The notes below the pieces were generated by a model, which did not search any database, was not told where the DNA came from, and saw nothing but the letters and a program-made list of their open reading frames with translations. From Eledone cirrhosa (lineage: Eukaryota), in NCBI GenBank assembly GCA_964016885.1, contig OZ024753.1, positions 46,562,001 to 46,626,000 on the forward strand: a stretch of DNA of 64,000 nucleotides. Reading direction: 5' to 3'. Below are positions 57,417-64,000 of the stretch, piece after piece (positions within the stretch are counted from its first letter, which is position 1; each line of letters opens with the position of its first letter). Position numbers and translations under genes: made by a program.

Positions 57417-57746
57417 GGAGGCACATGGCTTAGTGGTTAGAGCATTGGCCTTGCAATCGAAAGGTTGTGAGTTCAATTCTCAGACCGGGTGATGTGTTGT
57501 TTCCTTGAGCAAGACACTTTATTTCACATTGCTCCAGTTTACTCAGCTGTAGAAATGAGATGACAGGGACTGGGGTCCCTATCATTCCACTGCAAAGTGG
57601 TCGTGGAGGTGCCACGGCAAAAAAGCACCCAGCACTCACTGTAAATGAGGTTGGTGTTAGGAAGGGCATCAAGCCAGCATCAGTTCCCGTCCCACCCTTG
57701 CAAGCAGGGAAAAGCGGAAGTAAAATGAAATGATGATGATGATGAT
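57417..57746 (+). mobile_element. SINE family A, full-length
   Basis: As 50405-50748. Confidence 0.92.
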
Positions 57747-57845
57747 GTGTGTGTCTGTTCGTATTTCAATGATTTACAGTTATTGTCTCTGTGTCATATC
57801 TGAAGCTAAAAGGTGAAAGTAATTAAAGAAAATAATAAACAATCA

Positions 57846-57880
<35 letters not shown>

Positions 57881-58080
57881 AATATTGTATCTGCTGACAC
57901 AGCTAATTGCAACTGTTAATTATTATGGCATTGAAATTGAAAATGGCAACAGAGTGGACATGTGTGGACATGTGTGTGTGTGTGTGTGTATAAGCGTGTG
58001 TATGTATGTATATATATACATATGTTATATGCATCATCATCATTGTTTTTACGTCCGCTTTTCATGTTTGCATGGGTTGG

Positions 58081-58114
<34 letters not shown>

Positions 58115-58308
58115 ATTTATATATATATATATTTATATATATATATATTTATATATATATATATTTATATATATATATATTTATATATATATATATATAT
58201 AGGCATATACATATATATATATATAGACATATACACATATATATATAGATAAATATATACACACACACATATATATATATATATATTGAGAGAGAGAGAG
58301 AGACATAT

Positions 58309-58342
<34 letters not shown>

Positions 58343-61300
58343 GTATATATATACACACACGTGGGTGCAGATATATATATTTGTAATGCAACCACACACA
58401 CCAAAAGATAAAAGGAAAAATCATAACCCCTACTAAAAATCTTTTCCCTTTCTTCCCCCTTTTTTCCTTTCAAATCCCCCAGAAACCAATTCTTTGACAA
58501 ATATTACCCCACCACCACCATCACCCAAAGGAGTTCTTTCAATCCTAAATATACATTTACTTGCATTTTTATTTTACTTCCTTTCTTTCTTTTATACTTG
58601 CTTTTATCTATGAACCCCAAAAATAAACTCCACCTTGGTGAAACCCCACATTCACACACACACATATACATACACAACAACAACAATAACAATGCCATGT
58701 GAACTATTTATATGAATAGAAAAGGAATTTTCTGTTTGACCCTAGAGAATGTTCACCATCACCAGTCCATATTCATATAGAACATAAGAAGAACTTTTGA
58801 CAGAAGATTTACATGTTTTAACTGCCCACAGACTAGAACAAACTTTTTAAATATTTGCTAAGATTGATATATCAATCAAAACCTGTAACATTTGACGAAA
58901 TTTAAATCCATTTAATGTAATAATTATAAAAATATTCATTCTGTTAGATTATAGAAAAAATAATCTTCAAATATACACTTGTGCTTTTTCACTTTTACTT
59001 TTTATCTATAATCTTTGATTTGTATGGAACTTTACCTTCTTTTTCAACTATATAGAGAGAAAGAAGTAGTTCCACAACAGTTAGTTCTCCATACCGAGTG
59101 GAACTACTTCTACCAAACTCGTCCCATGGACTGAGTGCTCTACTACTACGGATATACCTTCCAGTGTTCTAATATATATATAGATATATATATATGGAAA
59201 AGCGGACATAAAATGATGATGATGATGATATATATATAATAATGAAGAGAATAACTCCAACAACAGCAATAATAATAATTATTATTATGATAGGTGATGT
59301 TGATGATGATGATGATACATAGGAATATTGAGAACAAAAACAAAAATGTAGATTGGTAACAAAAAAAATATATAAACAACAATATTGAATCCTCAAACCA
59401 AAGAAATTAGTAAAATAAGAAAACATTAAGAATATAAGTAAAGTTTTGAAGAAATATCTGTGGAATACACATTTTATTTTTCGAAACAAAATTCTTCTGT
59501 TTTTTATGTAAATGTAGAATTTTGTACTTTTTAAAAATGTTTTAATTCTTTTATTTGTTGTTTTTTTTTCTATTATTTTTCTTTTCTTTTGAAATTCCAG
59601 AAAGAAAAAAGCCTCACTTTGAGTTTTCTCTTACATAATTAGTTTCAAATTAGTTGAAGGCAGTCAAACTTTTAGGTTTTTATTTTTGTTTTTGTCTTGT
59701 TTTTGTTTTTTTCTTGTTTGGAGTCTTTGTATAGGCCACTCATCTGTAAGATTCTGTATTTCAATGGTGAGTGCAAGAAACCCAAAGAATTAGTGATAAT
59801 ATTTCTCTACACCTATCACTCATTTCAATTTTTGTCCAACTTGCATGTGCCAGACACATTTTATATTTTAATATATCTTCCATACATTCTATATTATGGA
59901 GGATGTCACATGATTGCTGCCATGTGCAAGAGACAGAGAGGACATAGCCCTCCTTCCTCTGGAGGAATGAATTCCTCTTGATTTTACTGAGGAAAACAGC
60001 AGTTTGGGGATTTAACACATAATTTTATAAAAGTTTTACCTAAAATTATGAATGAAGATTTTAATTTAAATACATTAAAATGTGATTAAACAAAATACTG
60101 ACAGGTTTAACATTATTTGTTTTTGATGTTATATTATAGGACTAAACTATAAATTTTAGCCATCATTACATGTGTAAGCTAATTAAAATTAATTAAAAAC
60201 ATTGGACAGTCATCAATGTGAACAGGAAATGTATATTATATAAAGGAGAGTTTTGTTGTTTTTTCTATGACAGAATGGGACTGTCCTCTGGCAGCCTTGT
60301 TCATACTAAAATAGTTCAAAGGATGGGAATTCTGCAGCAAATTAAAGTCTTTCCCAATTATTGATTAAATAATAAATTTGTTGAAAGTTAAAAGAAGGTC
60401 CTTCCTAACAAAAGTGACTACTTCACCGATATGAGCAGGTGTGTTCACTGGAATGTTCTGTCCAAATTAATTGGACTTTTCCTTCATTAACTGCATCTCT
60501 TTTTAATGTCTTATCTGGACTCTGACACATTGGAACCACCATTGTAGCGTTCTCTCTGGAATTTCTATTCTCTCTCTCTAATTGCTCCACTCCACTCAAC
60601 TGAAGAACTGAGTACCAACAGTGCCATGTCCAAAGCGAAGTCTTGTATTCTCAGTGTACCACTACCCCATCAACTATATTACCACTACCCCCACTACAAC
60701 CTCCACTATGTCTGCCACCACCAGCACATCACCTATACTGCCACTACCACTTCAATTATATCTCACCACTACAACATCAACTATGTCACTACCACCACCA
60801 CCACCACTACCAGAATTCCACTCACCATCAATATACAAAGATATCCACAAAACTTTAAGCCTTGGCAGATACAATCGCACACATGTATATATACACACAC
60901 ATATATATATACGCACACACATGTATATATACACACACACACACACATGTATATATACACACACATATATATACACACATACATATATACACACACACAC
61001 ATGTATATATACACACACACATATATATACATACACACACATATATATATATATACACACACATGTATATATACACACATACACATGTATATATATACAC
61101 ACACACATATATATACACACACATGTATATACACACACACATGTATATATACACACACACACACATGTATATATACATACACACATTTCCATATATCTCA
61201 TCATACACACACACACATATATACGCAAACGTTACGGGTTAAGAGATGAAATCTTCCAAGCCCACTAATTTATCTATATCACCACTCCATTACTCCCTAC

Positions 61301-61710
61301 CACCACCACATTCACCTTAGTAACACACACCCGTGTTATAACCTCCATACACACCCACTAACACAGGTCTCGCCCTATATTACCACCAGAACAACTACCA
61401 CCATGACCAACACCATCCATTACAAGAGTGGAGATACCATATACCATACCATAACTGCCATATCTACAAACATATTTTAGGTGTAAATAATAGGAAAAGT
61501 TTAGAAATATAATTAAAATATGGGGTATCATCATCATTTGTCACCTGTATATCCCACTTGCATGGGTTAGATGGGCTGTCACGTTATGAGACAAGTTAGG
61601 TCAGGAGACCATGTCATATTCATATGGATCTATATTTTAGCTTGGTTTCTTCATAATGCCAACCACTTTACAGTATGCAGAGATGCTATAATGATAGCTT
61701 ATAAAATAGG

Positions 61711-61743
<33 letters not shown>

Positions 61744-61754
61744 GATAATAATAA

Positions 61755-62200
61755 TGAAATTATTGTGTACAGTGCTCAGGTGCACTACAACTCATCAAAG
61801 GTGCATGTATAGTACATAGAATAATATACAAATGTCAGGGAAGTGAATAGTTTATGAGTCATGATATACATGTGTGCGTGTGTATGGAGGGGGAATATTA
61901 GGTGTGATGTTGGCGAATCTCAGGAAGCATGGAGGTTTTAAAGGATGCAGTGTCTCGACAGCTAACAACTGATGCAGGTAGTTTGTTCCATGGAGGTTTT
62001 AAAGGATGTAGTGTCTCGACAGCTAACAACTGATGCAGGTAGTTTGTTCCATGGAGGTTTTAAAGGATGCAGTGTCTCGACAGCTAACAACTGATGCAGG
62101 TAGTTTGTTCCATGCTTCAGCAACTCTGAGCGTGAAAAAATGTTTCCGAAAGTCATGGGAGCTGTGCTATTTTCTGACTTTGTTGGCATGCCCACGTGTG
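61755..62200 (-). mobile_element. CR1-like LINE 3' end containing a triplicated 61-bp segment
   Basis: Minus strand reads HDFRKHFFTLRVAEAWNKLPASVV...SFK, the typical CR1/L2-group C-terminal FF..R....WN.LP motif. Confidence 0.78.
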
Positions 62201-62488
62201 TTATATATATGCCTTGTTTCCCCTTCAACCCTGACATCAGTCCTAAAGAGATTCCTTACCTTCTATCAATTCTTATTTCGTGTTACTTCTTTTCTAGAGA
62301 TATTCTATCTGCTTTGTTCTTGCTTTTATTTTTCTGTTTGACATGGATTTTACACCTAGATGCCCTTTATGTCAACAACAACTTTACTGTGTGTTTTAGA
62401 GAGTGACTGTCTCTAGAAACACCATCTGTTGCTTACTGAGGCCTGGTTTTCTCCACTAATTCTGTATTGTGTGTGTGCATGTGTGTGT

Positions 62489-62527
<39 letters not shown>

Positions 62528-62804
62528 TACAAATGTAGCAAAAAACCAAAACATTCATTTGAAATTTTTGAAGAGGGGAAAACCCTAAAAAAAAAATCTG
62601 AGAAAAATTAGAATAATGTAATTAAGGTGGGGAGGAGGACATATGAGAGATGATAGGGGGGAGGGGGAAAGAAGAGCTATTTCAGTCTTTAAAGTATATT
62701 ATATGTAAATGTATGTGTAAGCAAAGTTTCTGTTTGCACATACACACTCACACGCATTCATATATACGACATACACACACACATTTATGTGTATATATAT
62801 ATAT

Positions 62805-62915
<111 letters not shown>

Positions 62916-63096
62916 CATAAATATATATACATATATATATATACATATATTTATATGATGTGAAATTGAAGTGAAAGCAACTGGTGCGTGTGTTTCTTAT
63001 TGGCAACATGACCCTCCCAAAGTATAACAATATATATATATACATATATTTATATATATATATACATATATTTATATATATATATATACATATATT

Positions 63097-63213
<117 letters not shown>

Positions 63214-63361
63214 ACGTTTATGTGTGCATGTATTTTTGTCTATTTTTATATGTATATATATATATAGGCCCATGTATGCATGTGCTTGTGTGTGTATGTG
63301 CATGTGTTTATATATACATTAACTAATGTATATATAGGCCCACGTGTGTATGTGTTTGTGT

Positions 63362-63407
<46 letters not shown>

Positions 63408-63709
63408 TATATATAGATATATATGTAGACATATATAAATATATATATATATATATACACACATGCACGAGACAGCCAGACAGAGAAATCAGTTTAAATA
63501 AATAAATATATAAACAATGAATTTTCTGACTAATTTTTTGAAGAAATAAAACAAAAAGAGAGAAATAGAAAACGGTGGAAAAACTTGGGAGAAAAGAAAA
63601 GAAGAAAAGAGATAAAAAATTGTATGTACAATAATAAAACAACAACAACACCACAACTAGCAACAACAATAACAACAGAAGCAACACCACTAATAACAAC
63701 AACAATAAC

Positions 63710-63754
<45 letters not shown>

Positions 63755-64000
63755 CAATGAATTCCTTATTTTCTTTCTGGAAATATTTTACATATTTTAT
63801 ATTTATTGAAAAATATTTCTTTATCTCTCTCTCTTACCTACTTCCCCACTTCCATTTACCCCACCTCCGTACTACCACCCCACCACGTTATCTCCACGCT
63901 AATCCCACCACATTCCAGCCTCCACCCCTCTTTGCTTCATTATCCTTCATTTGCAGCCTAATTCTCCTTTGATATAGTTTTATAAACTCTACTAATTCCA

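Overview
This is eukaryotic, AT-rich, microsatellite-saturated DNA, most consistent with an octopus (coleoid cephalopod) genome. That attribution is inferred from the repeat families, not proven. The only host coding sequence I can support is one 83-nt exon (15000-15082, +) of a CELF3-6/Bruno-3 RNA-binding protein (RRM1), so the window is probably almost all intron. Nearly all ORFs in the supplied track are microsatellite artefacts. Mobile elements present: a degenerate RTE-type LINE with a PHD-like finger plus further fragments, two tRNA-derived SINE families (one sharing its tail with the LINE), an internally deleted DD37D/maT transposon, a deleted mariner with ~100-bp TIRs, CR1-like and Tx1-like fragments, and many minisatellites. 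The main discovery-level signal is a set of short, mutually divergent inserts in or next to (TA)n tracts. They carry type-I hammerhead ribozyme folds with non-canonical cores (U3-A8 covariation, A4, U·U at the base of stem II). These are often followed by a covarying 2-nt-bulged hairpin (RCTC-NNN...NNN-TY-GAGY) and are sometimes arranged as inverted junctions, resembling Penelope-like element termini. All folds were worked out by eye and none is experimentally validated.
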